A stretch of DNA of 64,000 nt from Polyangiaceae bacterium. Lineage in GTDB: Bacteria > Myxococcota_A > Polyangia > Polyangiales > Polyangiaceae. The position numbers and the translations under genes were made by a program. Numbering within the stretch: the first letter of the stretch is position 1; each line of letters begins with the position of its first letter. Positions 55,153-63,387 of the stretch are shown here, one piece after another. Below the pieces are notes generated by a model. The model did no database searches. It had not been told where the DNA came from and worked only from the letters and a program-made list of their open reading frames with translations. The stretch covers positions 47,596 through 111,595 of the forward strand of contig JBILLK010000034.1 of the NCBI GenBank assembly GCA_044376115.1, given 5' to 3'.

Positions 55153-55823
55153 GCAGCACGCTCGCGGTGGGTGCCCAAGACGAGTTGTCGCGCGAACTGT
55201 GCCGCCACCGTGCGGTCATGCGTTACCAGCACCAGGCTTGCCGATACCTCCCCGGCGACCTCTCGCAACAGCGCGAGGGCCTGCGAGGCGGCTTCTTCGT
55301 CGAGGTTGGCTGTGGGCTCATCCGCAAGCAACAGTTTGGGTTTGCACGCTACCGCGCGCGCCAGCGCCACGCGTTGCTGCTCTCCGCCCGAGAGCGTTCT
55401 GGGGAAGGCATGCCTTCTGTCGCTAAGCCCCAATCGTTCAAACAGCTCTTCGGCTCGTTTCGTGGCATTGGCACGTGTGAAACCACCGAACTCGAGCGGT
55501 AAGAGCACGTTCTCCACGGCCGTCAGAGCGGGAAGTAAGTGCGCTTGTTGGAAGACGTATCCAATGTACCGGGAACGCAGTCGGTCGCGCGCGGCCTCCC
55601 CAAGCGACAGTACGTCCTTTCCAGCGATCTCGACGCGACCCGCATCGGCTGTCGTCAGCCCGGCTAAAACGTGAAGTAGCGTCGTCTTTCCGCTGCCGGA
55701 GCTACCGCGGACGCAAAGCTCCTCCCCCGCTTCCAAGGTCAGGTCCTCCAGTTCGAACAGGATTTGCCGAACGCCCGCGGGCGAAAGGACGCTTTTCTTC
55801 AGTCCGCTGACACGTAGGTTCAC
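55149..55823 (-). CDS. ABC transporter ATP-binding protein (LolD/MacB-like)
   Basis: Walker A GSSGSGKTT, LSGGEQQR, LLLADEPT and VTHD. Confidence 0.95.
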   Translation of the reverse strand: MNLRVSGLKKSVLSPAGVRQILFELEDLTLEAGEELCVRGSSGSGKTTLLHVLAGLTTADAGRVEIAGKDVLSLGEAARDRLRSRYIGYVFQQAHLLPALTAVENVLLPLEFGGFTRANATKRAEELFERLGLSDRRHAFPRTLSGGEQQRVALARAVACKPKLLLADEPTANLDEEAASQALALLREVAGEVSASLVLVTHDRTVAAQFARQLVLGTHRERAA

Positions 55824-56004
55824 GCGGGCGTGAGCATAGTCTTTCTCGCGGGGGGCGGCCGCTTCTTATCCTGGAGGGTACGGTCTCCCAGAAGCCGACG
55901 GTTCAGCTGGCCTTCCACGGTAGTGCGGGCCTGTCGCGACGCCAAACCAGACTGGTACCCGTGTCCTCGAGCTCTGTCCGCACGGACAGCCTGTAAGCTG
56001 AAAA

Positions 56005-56072
56005 TGCAACTAGGTTGCGTATGGATGGCAGCGACGTGCTCGCCTGTTGCCATTAAATGCAACGTAGTTGCA
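56005..56072. promoter_or_regulatory. Two candidate Zur/Fur-family operators TGCAAC-N3-GTTGC(A/G)
   Basis: 56005-56019 TGCAACtagGTTGCG and 56058-56072 TGCAACgtaGTTGCA; the second sits just upstream of TTGACT (56080-56085), a -35-like element for the COG0523 gene. Confidence 0.75.
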
Positions 56073-56116
56073 ACAATGGTTGACTTTGGGGGTGCCTTTG
56101 CGGCAATGCTCAGCCG

Positions 56117-57352
56117 ATGCTGAAGCAAGGTGAGAAGCTGCCTGTGACGGTTCTTTCGGGCTTTCTCGGCGCCGGAAAGACCACTCTTCTGAACCACGTG
56201 CTCAACAATCGAGCAGGTAAGAAAGTGGCCGTGATCGTCAATGACATGAGTGAGGTCAACATTGACGCAGCCCTCGTAAAGCAGGGTGTTGCAGCGCTTT
56301 CGCGGGTGGATGAGAAGCTCGTGGAGATGCAAAACGGTTGCATCTGTTGCACACTGCGCGAAGACCTGCTGCTGGAGGTGAGCCGCCTCGCGAGGGACGG
56401 GAGGTTTGACTATCTCTTGATCGAGTCGACCGGCATCTCTGAGCCGCTACCAGTTGCGGAGACCTTTACCTTTGAGGATGAGGCTGGCGTGAGCCTTTCG
56501 TCGCTTGCTCGCCTGGACACCATGGTCACCGTGGTCGACGCCAAGAACTTCTTGTCGGATTGGCAAAGTGAGGACGAGCTGAAACAGCGCCAGCTCGCAC
56601 TTTCGGACGAGGACGAACGCAGCGTGGCGGACCTCCTTGTCGAGCAGATCGAGTTTGCTGATGTGCTGGTGGTGTCAAAGCTTGACCTGGTTCCGGCACC
56701 TGACGCTGAGCGATTGTTCGCGATGTTGCAGCACTTGAACCCGGCGGCTCGGTTGGTTCGCGCCAACCACGGTCAGGTAGAGCCGTCGGAGATCCTGGGT
56801 ACGGGGCTATTCGACTTCGACCGTGCGGCTCGATCTCCTGGATGGTTGCGCGAGCTGCGTGGGGAGCACATGCCGGAGTCGCTCGAGTACGGCATATCGA
56901 GCTTCGTTTACCGCTCGCGCAGGCCCTTCCACCCCGCGAGATTCTGGGCGCTTCTTCAAGACGGAGAAGCCTGGGAGGGGGTGCTCCGGTCAAAAGGGTT
57001 CTTTTGGCTCGCAACGCGGATGGATGAGACAGGGATGTGGTCGCAGGCTGGTGGTTCTGCGAGCTGTACGGGAGCTGGCCAATGGTACGCGAGCCTGCCT
57101 GAGGAGGAGTGGCCGCAGGAGGCTGAGACCCGCGAGCAGCTTCGACGTGACTTCCAAGCGCCGTGGGGTGACCGCAGGCAGGAGTTGGTGTTTATCGGCA
57201 TGAAGCTGAATGAGACCCTGCTGCGGTCGAAGTTGGACTCAGCCCTTTTGACTGAGGCGGAGTACAAGAAGGGGCCACTCGCTTGGCGTCGCCTGAAGGA
57301 CCCGTTCCCTGCTTGGGACGAAGACGGGGAGGCAAGCGGAAACGCTTCGTGA
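56117..57352 (+). CDS. COG0523/CobW family zinc metallochaperone GTPase (ZigA/YciC-like)
   Basis: [56 protein letters not shown] and [11 protein letters not shown]. Confidence 0.95.
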   Translation: MLKQGEKLPVTVLSGFLGAGKTTLLNHVLNNRAGKKVAVIVNDMSEVNIDAALVKQGVAALSRVDEKLVEMQNGCICCTLREDLLLEVSRLARDGRFDYLLIESTGISEPLPVAETFTFEDEAGVSLSSLARLDTMVTVVDAKNFLSDWQSEDELKQRQLALSDEDERSVADLLVEQIEFADVLVVSKLDLVPAPDAERLFAMLQHLNPAARLVRANHGQVEPSEILGTGLFDFDRAARSPGWLRELRGEHMPESLEYGISSFVYRSRRPFHPARFWALLQDGEAWEGVLRSKGFFWLATRMDETGMWSQAGGSASCTGAGQWYASLPEEEWPQEAETREQLRRDFQAPWGDRRQELVFIGMKLNETLLRSKLDSALLTEAEYKKGPLAWRRLKDPFPAWDEDGEASGNAS

Positions 57353-58533
57353 GTAGCATGCAGACCGACGTTGATTGGCTAATCGTTGGTGGTGGCGTCC
57401 ATGGTACCTACCTATCCAACATGCTGTCGCAGCGCGCGCAGGTGCCCCGTGAGCGGCTGCGGGTGCTCGACCCGAACGAGATGCCGCTCGCTAGCTTCTT
57501 CCAGTGCGCCGAGGCGACTGGGATGCGCTATCTGCGCTCGCCGGTGGTGCATAACCTCGAGCTGGATCCTTACGCTCTGCGCCGCTTTGGCCGCAGCGGG
57601 CCAGGTCGCAAGACCGCTCGCTTCTTCTACCCGTACGAGCGACCGGGCCTCGCCTTCTTTCAACAGCATGTCGAGTTCGTCGTAGCGAAGCATCGCTTGG
57701 GCGAGCTGCGAATCAGGTCGCGTGCGCACTCGATTCGCCGCGTTCCGCTCGGCTATTCGGTGGAGACCGAACACGGACAGCTCACGACGCGCAAACTTGT
57801 GTTGGCGCTTGGTCTGGGCGAGCAGCTTTGTCGTCCAGAGTGGGCGAAGCCGCTCGCCGGAAGTCCCAGCGTCCAGCACCTTTTTGATCCAGCGTTTTCG
57901 CGCAGGTCGCTGAGTGGGGTTGGCAAGGTGCTGATCGTTGGCGGTGGAATATCAGCTGCGCAGCTGGCCTGTTCGCTTTCGTCTCAAGGCATCGAGGTAC
58001 AAATCCTGGCGCGCCATCAACCTCGGGTCTTTCGTTTCGATAGCGAGCCGGAGTGGCTGGGGCCGCGCGCGATGGAGCGCTTTGGGCAGGCTTCGGACCC
58101 AGGTCTGCGCCGAGCAATGATTCGCGAGGCGCGGCACCGTGGCTCGATGCCTGGGGAAGTCGCGACGGCTCTGCGCGCTGAGCTTCGGCTCGGGCGGGTC
58201 CAATGGCTCGAGACGGAGATCGTGCGCAGTTCCGTTGGCGCTGACGGAGTCTCGCTGTGGCGTAGCGGCGAATCGGCTCCGCTTTTGGGTCAGCGCGTCG
58301 TGCTCGCGACCGGCTTCGAGCTGCATCGACCGGGAGGAAAGATGGTAGATGAGGCGATCGATTCGTTTGGTCTTGCGTGTGGTTCCTGCGGCTATCCGCT
58401 GGTTTCTCGCCGACTTGAGTGGGGGCCAGGGCTGTTTGTAAGCGGGCCGCTGGCTGAGCTCGAGCTTGGCCCGACTGCCCGTAACATCGCCGGCGCGCGC
58501 GCGGCAGGTGAACGTCTCCTTGCCGTCGCTTGA
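57349..58533 (+). CDS. FAD/NAD(P)-dependent oxidoreductase (N-hydroxylase-like fold), uncharacterised
   Basis: [17 protein letters not shown], second Rossmann motif [22 protein letters not shown] and [21 protein letters not shown] overlap with the COG0523 gene (alternative start ATG 57358). Confidence 0.85.
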   Translation: MSSMQTDVDWLIVGGGVHGTYLSNMLSQRAQVPRERLRVLDPNEMPLASFFQCAEATGMRYLRSPVVHNLELDPYALRRFGRSGPGRKTARFFYPYERPGLAFFQQHVEFVVAKHRLGELRIRSRAHSIRRVPLGYSVETEHGQLTTRKLVLALGLGEQLCRPEWAKPLAGSPSVQHLFDPAFSRRSLSGVGKVLIVGGGISAAQLACSLSSQGIEVQILARHQPRVFRFDSEPEWLGPRAMERFGQASDPGLRRAMIREARHRGSMPGEVATALRAELRLGRVQWLETEIVRSSVGADGVSLWRSGESAPLLGQRVVLATGFELHRPGGKMVDEAIDSFGLACGSCGYPLVSRRLEWGPGLFVSGPLAELELGPTARNIAGARAAGERLLAVA

Positions 58534-58555
58534 GGAACGCGCGAACCTACGGGGG

Positions 58556-58990
58556 ATGGCTGGCAAGACTAGGCTGCTTCGTGACGATGACCTTCGAGCG
58601 CTGCTGAGCGCGAAGGGCATCCGTGTCACGGATCAGCGCATGGTCATTCTGCGTGAACTGGCGAAGCTGCGGTTACCGGTGAGTCACCCTGAGCTAACCG
58701 AACGGCTTGGTCACGCGAGCCTCGATCGAGCTACGGTCTATCGCAATCTGCTCTCGCTCACCGAGGCTGGATTGCTGATTCGGACCCAACTCGGTGACAA
58801 CGTCTGGCGCTATGAGTTGCCCACCGCGTTGTCGGCAACGCATGGCGAGCACCCGCACTTCGTTTGCAATGACTGCGGGGATGTGGCCTGCCTTTCGGCG
58901 GGCGCCGTCACCTTGCGAGCGGAGGCCACCCGCAACCAAGTGGCCGAAGTCCAGCTACGCGGGCGCTGCGAGGCTTGCGCCCGCGAGTGA
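58556..58990 (+). CDS. Fur family regulator, probably Zur
   Basis: G.RVT.QR, LDRATVYRNL, HGEHPHFVCNDC and C-terminal GRCEAC; surrounded by zinc-homeostasis genes. Confidence 0.88.
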   Translation: MAGKTRLLRDDDLRALLSAKGIRVTDQRMVILRELAKLRLPVSHPELTERLGHASLDRATVYRNLLSLTEAGLLIRTQLGDNVWRYELPTALSATHGEHPHFVCNDCGDVACLSAGAVTLRAEATRNQVAEVQLRGRCEACARE

Positions 58991-58993
58991 CTT

Positions 58994-59013
58994 AGGCTGA
59001 CTGAGGTCAGCCT
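58994..59013. terminator. Hairpin between the convergent Fur-family and rpmG genes
   Basis: AGGCTGAC-TGAG-GTCAGCCT, a perfect 8-bp stem overlapping the rpmG stop; no U tract. Confidence 0.4.
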
Positions 59014-59168
59014 CGCGAGATCTTCTTCTCCACGAAGAGCACGTGCTTGCGTGCGATCGGGTCGTACTTCTTGATCTCGAGCTTGCCTTGCATGGTTCGC
59101 TTGTTCTTCGTGGTGTGATAGGCGAAGCCGGTTCCGGCTGTGGATACGAGCTGAATGATGTCGCGCAT
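59007..59168 (-). CDS. rpmG: 50S ribosomal protein L33, Cys-free (zinc-independent) form
   Basis: [53 protein letters not shown]; no Cys; true start is ATG 59168, not the 59327 start in the ORF track. Confidence 0.95.
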   Translation of the reverse strand: MRDIIQLVSTAGTGFAYHTTKNKRTMQGKLEIKKYDPIARKHVLFVEKKISRG

Positions 59169-59194
59169 TCCTCTTCTGTAATGCGGCGCTCTCG

Positions 59195-59217
59195 CAGTTG
59201 CAACAAAGTTGCAACTG
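59195..59217. promoter_or_regulatory. Candidate Zur/Fur-family operator between divergent rpmG and DUF1826
   Basis: Perfect palindrome CAGTTGCAAC-AAA-GTTGCAACTG containing TGCAAC-N3-GTTGCA. Confidence 0.8.
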
Positions 59218-59232
59218 TGTGATTCTTTGGAT

Positions 59233-59886
59233 ATGCAGTTAGCGTCTCCTCTCGGGCAACAATCTGGAGAGTCCAGTATCGCGATCGCCAGCGACCTCGC
59301 TGACCTCAGCCAGCTCTTTGAACCCAAACGGAACGTTGCCGTTCACCGCCGGCAATTCGTGGGTGAACTCAAGCCCGAGATCGCAAGGGTTCTGGCTGAG
59401 CCGACGTTCCGTCTGCTTACTTCGGTGGAGCCTACGGCTACAGGTTTGGCGCAGCTCACCGCCGAACTCCCAGCTTACCCAGCTATCGCGCGTGAGCTGC
59501 ACTTCCTATGCGAGCTGCTCGCAGAACTTACTGGTGCTGAGTTGATCGGGCTAAGGCTGGCGAGACTCGAGTCGGCGATGTGTCCGCGCTTTCATGTGGA
59601 CCACGTGTTGGTGCGCCTCGTCCAAACCTGGTCGGGCGTGGGGACGCAATACCTCGATGAGCTCGACGTTGACCGCGCTTGGCTCGGCCACGCTTCCGCA
59701 GGTGCGGCCGATGAGGTAACCGGTCTGCTACGTAAAGGCGCGACCATCCATACCGCACACGCCGGTGAGCTGGTGCTATTGAAGGGGGAATCGTGGCCGG
59801 GCAACCAAGGCCGTGGGGCCGTCCACCGTTCGCCCAAGGCCTCCCCAGCAGAGCCGCGGCTCGTGCTGACGTTGGATCCGCTTTAG
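59233..59886 (+). CDS. DUF1826 domain protein
   Basis: GLRL......[32 protein letters not shown] and RLVLTLD. Confidence 0.88.
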   Translation: MQLASPLGQQSGESSIAIASDLADLSQLFEPKRNVAVHRRQFVGELKPEIARVLAEPTFRLLTSVEPTATGLAQLTAELPAYPAIARELHFLCELLAELTGAELIGLRLARLESAMCPRFHVDHVLVRLVQTWSGVGTQYLDELDVDRAWLGHASAGAADEVTGLLRKGATIHTAHAGELVLLKGESWPGNQGRGAVHRSPKASPAEPRLVLTLDPL

Positions 59887-59990
59887 GCACTGGCGCGAAC
59901 GCCAGAACCTTTCATCGGCTTGCGAACGACCTCACTCGCGTGAAGCTCGCCGGTTGACGCGGGTTGTGCGGTCGGGCGATGTTGGTTCGC

Positions 59991-60356
59991 ATGAGAGCTT
60001 TCGCGATTGCGCTGTTGCTCAGCGTTGGGTGCACGGGTGCCAAGTCCGCCGAGGGAGAGTGTTTGGGCTATAGCTGCGATGAGGCAGGCGCTAAGGCGAT
60101 GATGCTCGCGACGCTTGAAGGCACCTACCAGCCCTCCGAGACGGCCGTCGCTGCATTTGAAAAGGTGATGAGTAAGGGGACCCAAAAGATGGCCTCCCAA
60201 CAGGGGTTTACACCCGACTCATTTCAGCTCGCCAAGGACAACCTTCAGACCTACTTGCGTGCCATTCCGGAGAACGGGGTTGACCCTCTGACTCCCGCCC
60301 TCGAGGAGCTTGGAAAGGGAACGGCCAAAGTGTGTTCACTTTGGCCGTATTGCTAA
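59991..60356 (+). CDS. Hypothetical lipoprotein
   Basis: Lipobox SVGC after ATG 59991; TTGACG -35-like element at 59954. Confidence 0.6.
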   Translation: MRAFAIALLLSVGCTGAKSAEGECLGYSCDEAGAKAMMLATLEGTYQPSETAVAAFEKVMSKGTQKMASQQGFTPDSFQLAKDNLQTYLRAIPENGVDPLTPALEELGKGTAKVCSLWPYC

Positions 60357-60417
60357 TCCCATAGCCCGGTCACGCTTCGGCGTTGATGGGTCGCCGAGGC
60401 AGACCGTACGCGGAGGC

Positions 60418-60714
60418 TTACTCGATAATGTCTTCGACGGCCTTCTTGTCCTTGTCGTTGGCATTGTCGGCGGCGATGCCCTTCTTCACCTGCTCGATGG
60501 CCTCTTTGGTGGCCTTTAGAGCTGCCACACGATGCCCGCCCTTGTCGTGGGAGGCCTTCTCCAGTTGAGCCTGGGCCGTTTCGAGACCGGCGAGGGCAGC
60601 GCGCATGTGCGGTTGCGGTTCAGCTTGAGCTTCGTAGACCGAGTTGCCGGCAGTGAAGGCGAGGGCGCCTGCGAGGACGAGCGTGGATGACTTCCAGAAG
60701 GTGAGTGCGTTCAT
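60418..60714 (-). CDS. Small exported helical protein (QPHM..AL..L..A...L..A..DKGGHR family)
   Basis: Signal peptide ending AQA, the QPHM and KGGHR motifs, and SD AAAGGA. Confidence 0.8.
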   Translation of the reverse strand: MNALTFWKSSTLVLAGALAFTAGNSVYEAQAEPQPHMRAALAGLETAQAQLEKASHDKGGHRVAALKATKEAIEQVKKGIAADNANDKDKKAVEDIIE

Positions 60715-60887
60715 ATCAAGTCCTTTGCGGAGATGTTCCGTTTGCCTGTGAAGGCAGGAGCGCCAATACACAACGCATGCCAAGGTATGGGAGCGCGTAC
60801 GATCCCACAAGTCGCCCGTTTTTGAGCTTCGCCTCGTGCGGCCTGCGCGACTCACTGCGGAGCCGCTGCCGCAGGCAAGGTGCGCAG

Positions 60888-61436
60888 TTAGCTAAGCTCG
60901 CTCAGGCCCGTCTTGAGGACAGTCCCTTCAAGCGTCTCGCGCCCGTGCGTCACGTACAGCTGCCCCTCGTTGCGCGTGAGCTCAAAGCTACCGGCTTGCT
61001 CGAGCAGTCGCTCCAGCGGCTCGACCACGCTCTTCGGAAGGTCAAAGACCTCGATCTGGTCGGCCTTGTGGATCGCTCGGGTCTTGGCCTCGCGCTGCAG
61101 GAGGCCAAGCGACGTTGTGTAGACAGCGACCTTGCTAGCGGCTTTGGCGGCCTTGTGCAGCCGTTCCGCCGACGGCACGCCCACGTCAATCCAAGCGAGC
61201 AGTCTGCCGGTTGGGTCGTGAATCGCAACCGGCGGCTCCTCAGGGGAAGAAAGCCCGCCACGGCTAAACGCGATGCCTGGCGCGTAGGACAAGCAGTAAG
61301 CGAGCGTTCGTGTGACCAGATACCGAGGTGATTCGGAGGGGTGGCGCGCCAGCTGCAACTCGAGCGTCTCATAGACGCTCTGATCGACGTCGGAGAGCTG
61401 GATGGTTTGTTTGAGGATGGTTGCTCTCGGAGCCAT
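60888..61436 (-). CDS. yaeQ: YaeQ family protein
   Basis: LSDVD..VY..L.L.LARHPSE, R.LAYCL, GGLS..EEP and WIDVG.P..ERL.KA; ATG 61436. Confidence 0.92.
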   Translation of the reverse strand: MAPRATILKQTIQLSDVDQSVYETLELQLARHPSESPRYLVTRTLAYCLSYAPGIAFSRGGLSSPEEPPVAIHDPTGRLLAWIDVGVPSAERLHKAAKAASKVAVYTTSLGLLQREAKTRAIHKADQIEVFDLPKSVVEPLERLLEQAGSFELTRNEGQLYVTHGRETLEGTVLKTGLSELS

Positions 61437-61481
61437 TGGCCGCAGACTACGCGCCGCGGTTGAGTTGGGTAAGCTGCCTTC

Positions 61482-62354
61482 GTGCGACTCATCGACGAGC
61501 TTCACGGCAAACGTTTTGGGCTGGTGTTATCCGCGGGGTACTTCGGCTTTTTTGGCCACGCAGGCTTGCTGCAGGCGTTGGAGGAGCACGCGCTCAAGCC
61601 TGCTGCTTTCGCCGGTACCAGCGCGGGGGCTTTGGTGGCGGCGATGGCCGCTTCGGGCATGAGCGCTCAGCAGATTGAGCGCCTGCTGGTAGGGATCGTT
61701 CGACGCGATTTCTGGGACCCGAGTCCACGCCGGTGGGCAATGGACCTGCTGGCTGGGCGCGGCGTGACGGGCCTGCTGGAGGGGAGGCGATTCAGATCTC
61801 TCCTCGAGCGGCACTTGCCCGTTGCTCGCATTGAAGATTGCACCTCGCCGCTCGTCATCGTTACGAGCGACGTCACCAACGCCAAGTCCTTCGTCCATAC
61901 GAGTGGAGCGCTTGCCTCGACCGTGCACGCGAGCTGCGCCTATCCCGGACTCTTTCGAACGGTCGATGAGGCTGGCGCCCAACTCTGGGATGGTGGCCTG
62001 ATCGACAAGGCTCCTTTGGTCGCGCTCGCCGATGCTCAACCCGACCTTGAGGCGCTGCTGGTGATGTATCTACCGAGCAGCGCGAAGAAGGGGGAAAAGG
62101 CGCCACGACGCTACGGGTACTTGGGAGGATTGGCACAAGGGCTGGCTGCGGTGCGTCACGAACACTACGAGCTACAAGCGCGGTTATGCGAGGCACGCGG
62201 GCTACCGGTCTATGTGCTCAGCCCAACCCTTACTGCACTTGGTCCCAACAAACTAAAGCTCGGCCCTCAGGCGCTCGGCGAAGCCGCAGCATTCGCTCGC
62301 ACGGCTCTGCGTGAGCCGCCCGATCGTTTTCGAAGCTTCGCGCGGGAGCGATAG
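61482..62354 (+). CDS. Patatin-like phospholipase
   Basis: LVLSAG..G..GHAG, GTSAG, ASCAYPGLF and DGG. Confidence 0.92.
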   Translation: MRLIDELHGKRFGLVLSAGYFGFFGHAGLLQALEEHALKPAAFAGTSAGALVAAMAASGMSAQQIERLLVGIVRRDFWDPSPRRWAMDLLAGRGVTGLLEGRRFRSLLERHLPVARIEDCTSPLVIVTSDVTNAKSFVHTSGALASTVHASCAYPGLFRTVDEAGAQLWDGGLIDKAPLVALADAQPDLEALLVMYLPSSAKKGEKAPRRYGYLGGLAQGLAAVRHEHYELQARLCEARGLPVYVLSPTLTALGPNKLKLGPQALGEAAAFARTALREPPDRFRSFARER

Positions 62355-62393
62355 CCGAACCTCTCATCGTCGTCTCCTTCGCTCGTCGCGCCA

Positions 62394-62408
62394 TTACCTT
62401 CAAGGTAA
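62394..62408. promoter_or_regulatory. Palindrome TTACCT-N3-AGGTAA, candidate autoregulatory operator of the XRE gene
   Basis: Perfect 6-bp arms about 25 nt upstream of TAGAGT (-10-like, 62432-62437) of the XRE/MmyB gene. Confidence 0.55.
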
Positions 62409-62443
62409 ACGACACTGCCCAGCCTTCCGAGTAGAGTCTGGCG

Positions 62444-63256
62444 ATGGCTGGCCGCGCTCCCGATCGCACACTCTTTCCTGCGCTATTGCGATATTGGCGG
62501 TGCAAGCGCGGTTATTCGCAGTTGGACCTCTCGCTCGTGGCGGAGGTGTCGACCCGCCACTTGAGCTTCCTGGAGACTGGAAGGGCGCAGCCCAGCGAGG
62601 AGATGGTGCTGCGCTTGTCCGCGGTGCTCGATCTATCCATGCGCGATAAGAATGCGTTGCTCGCCGCGGCGGGCTATCTGCAGCGGTTCAGCGAGCCGGC
62701 TCCAAAGACGCTCGCTGGCCCAGCCGAGAGAGCGCTGGAACAGATGCTCAAGCAACATGAGCCGTTCCCTCTCATCATCTTTGATTCGGCCTATGAGGTA
62801 GTGCGAAACAATCTCGCGGCGGCAAACCTCATGGCCCGCTTCATTGCGGAGCCCGGGGCCACATCGCTGCCGCTCAATGTGTTCGACTTGCTGTTTGACC
62901 CGAGGTTGTCTCGCCCGTTTATATTGGATTGGGAGAAGCTCGCACGACTGATGCTGATGCGGCTCCAGCGTGAACTGCTGCAATGCCCGAATCATCCGCG
63001 GCTGTCCGCGTTGCTCGATCGCGTGCTCGGCTTCCCCGACGTCCCGGAGGGGTGGCAGCAACCAGACTTCGCCCTCGGCGCCGAGGCCGTGTCCTGCTTC
63101 ACGCTGCAGCGCGAGGACCTCAAGCTCACCTTCCTTACGACGATCACCGCGTTCGCTGCACCTCAGAATGTGACGCTCGAAGAACTGCGCATTGAAAGCT
63201 ATTTCCCGGCAGACTCGCAAACAGAGCTGCTGTGCCGCGAGTTGCTTGCTGGCTAA
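62444..63256 (+). CDS. XRE-family HTH regulator with MmyB-like ligand-binding domain
   Basis: LLRYWR..RG.SQLDL...AEVSTRHLSFLETGRAQPS, HEPFP and ELRIESYFPAD. Confidence 0.93.
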   Translation: MAGRAPDRTLFPALLRYWRCKRGYSQLDLSLVAEVSTRHLSFLETGRAQPSEEMVLRLSAVLDLSMRDKNALLAAAGYLQRFSEPAPKTLAGPAERALEQMLKQHEPFPLIIFDSAYEVVRNNLAAANLMARFIAEPGATSLPLNVFDLLFDPRLSRPFILDWEKLARLMLMRLQRELLQCPNHPRLSALLDRVLGFPDVPEGWQQPDFALGAEAVSCFTLQREDLKLTFLTTITAFAAPQNVTLEELRIESYFPADSQTELLCRELLAG

Positions 63257-63387
63257 GCGGCAGGATGTCCCGTTCTCTACGTGGGCTATTGGGGCATAAA
63301 CTCGCACTCTGCCGCTAGGCAGGAGGAGCCTAGCGAGCTGGTTCCTAGCGCTGGAGCGCCATGGTCGTTTTCCTTTTAAGAGGTTAT

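Noticed and set aside
55840..56000. Cobalamin riboswitch or sRNA near the CobW-family gene (hairpin CTGTCCG-CA-CGGACAG)
   Set aside because: No B12-box or GGGAA/ACTG core was recognisable, and the zinc context explains the gene better.
55820..56053. Minus-strand ORF of about 77 aa ending in a GTGA overlap with the ABC ATPase (possible missing ZrgA-like gene)
   Set aside because: No signal peptide or His-rich segment, it runs through an operator, and the ATPase has its own TATGCT box.
60715..60752. c-di-GMP-I-like words GGCAAAC...GCAAAG on the minus strand
   Set aside because: The first stem is too short and lacks a GNRA loop, and there is no room for the second hairpin before the ATG. AAAGGA is simply the SD sequence.
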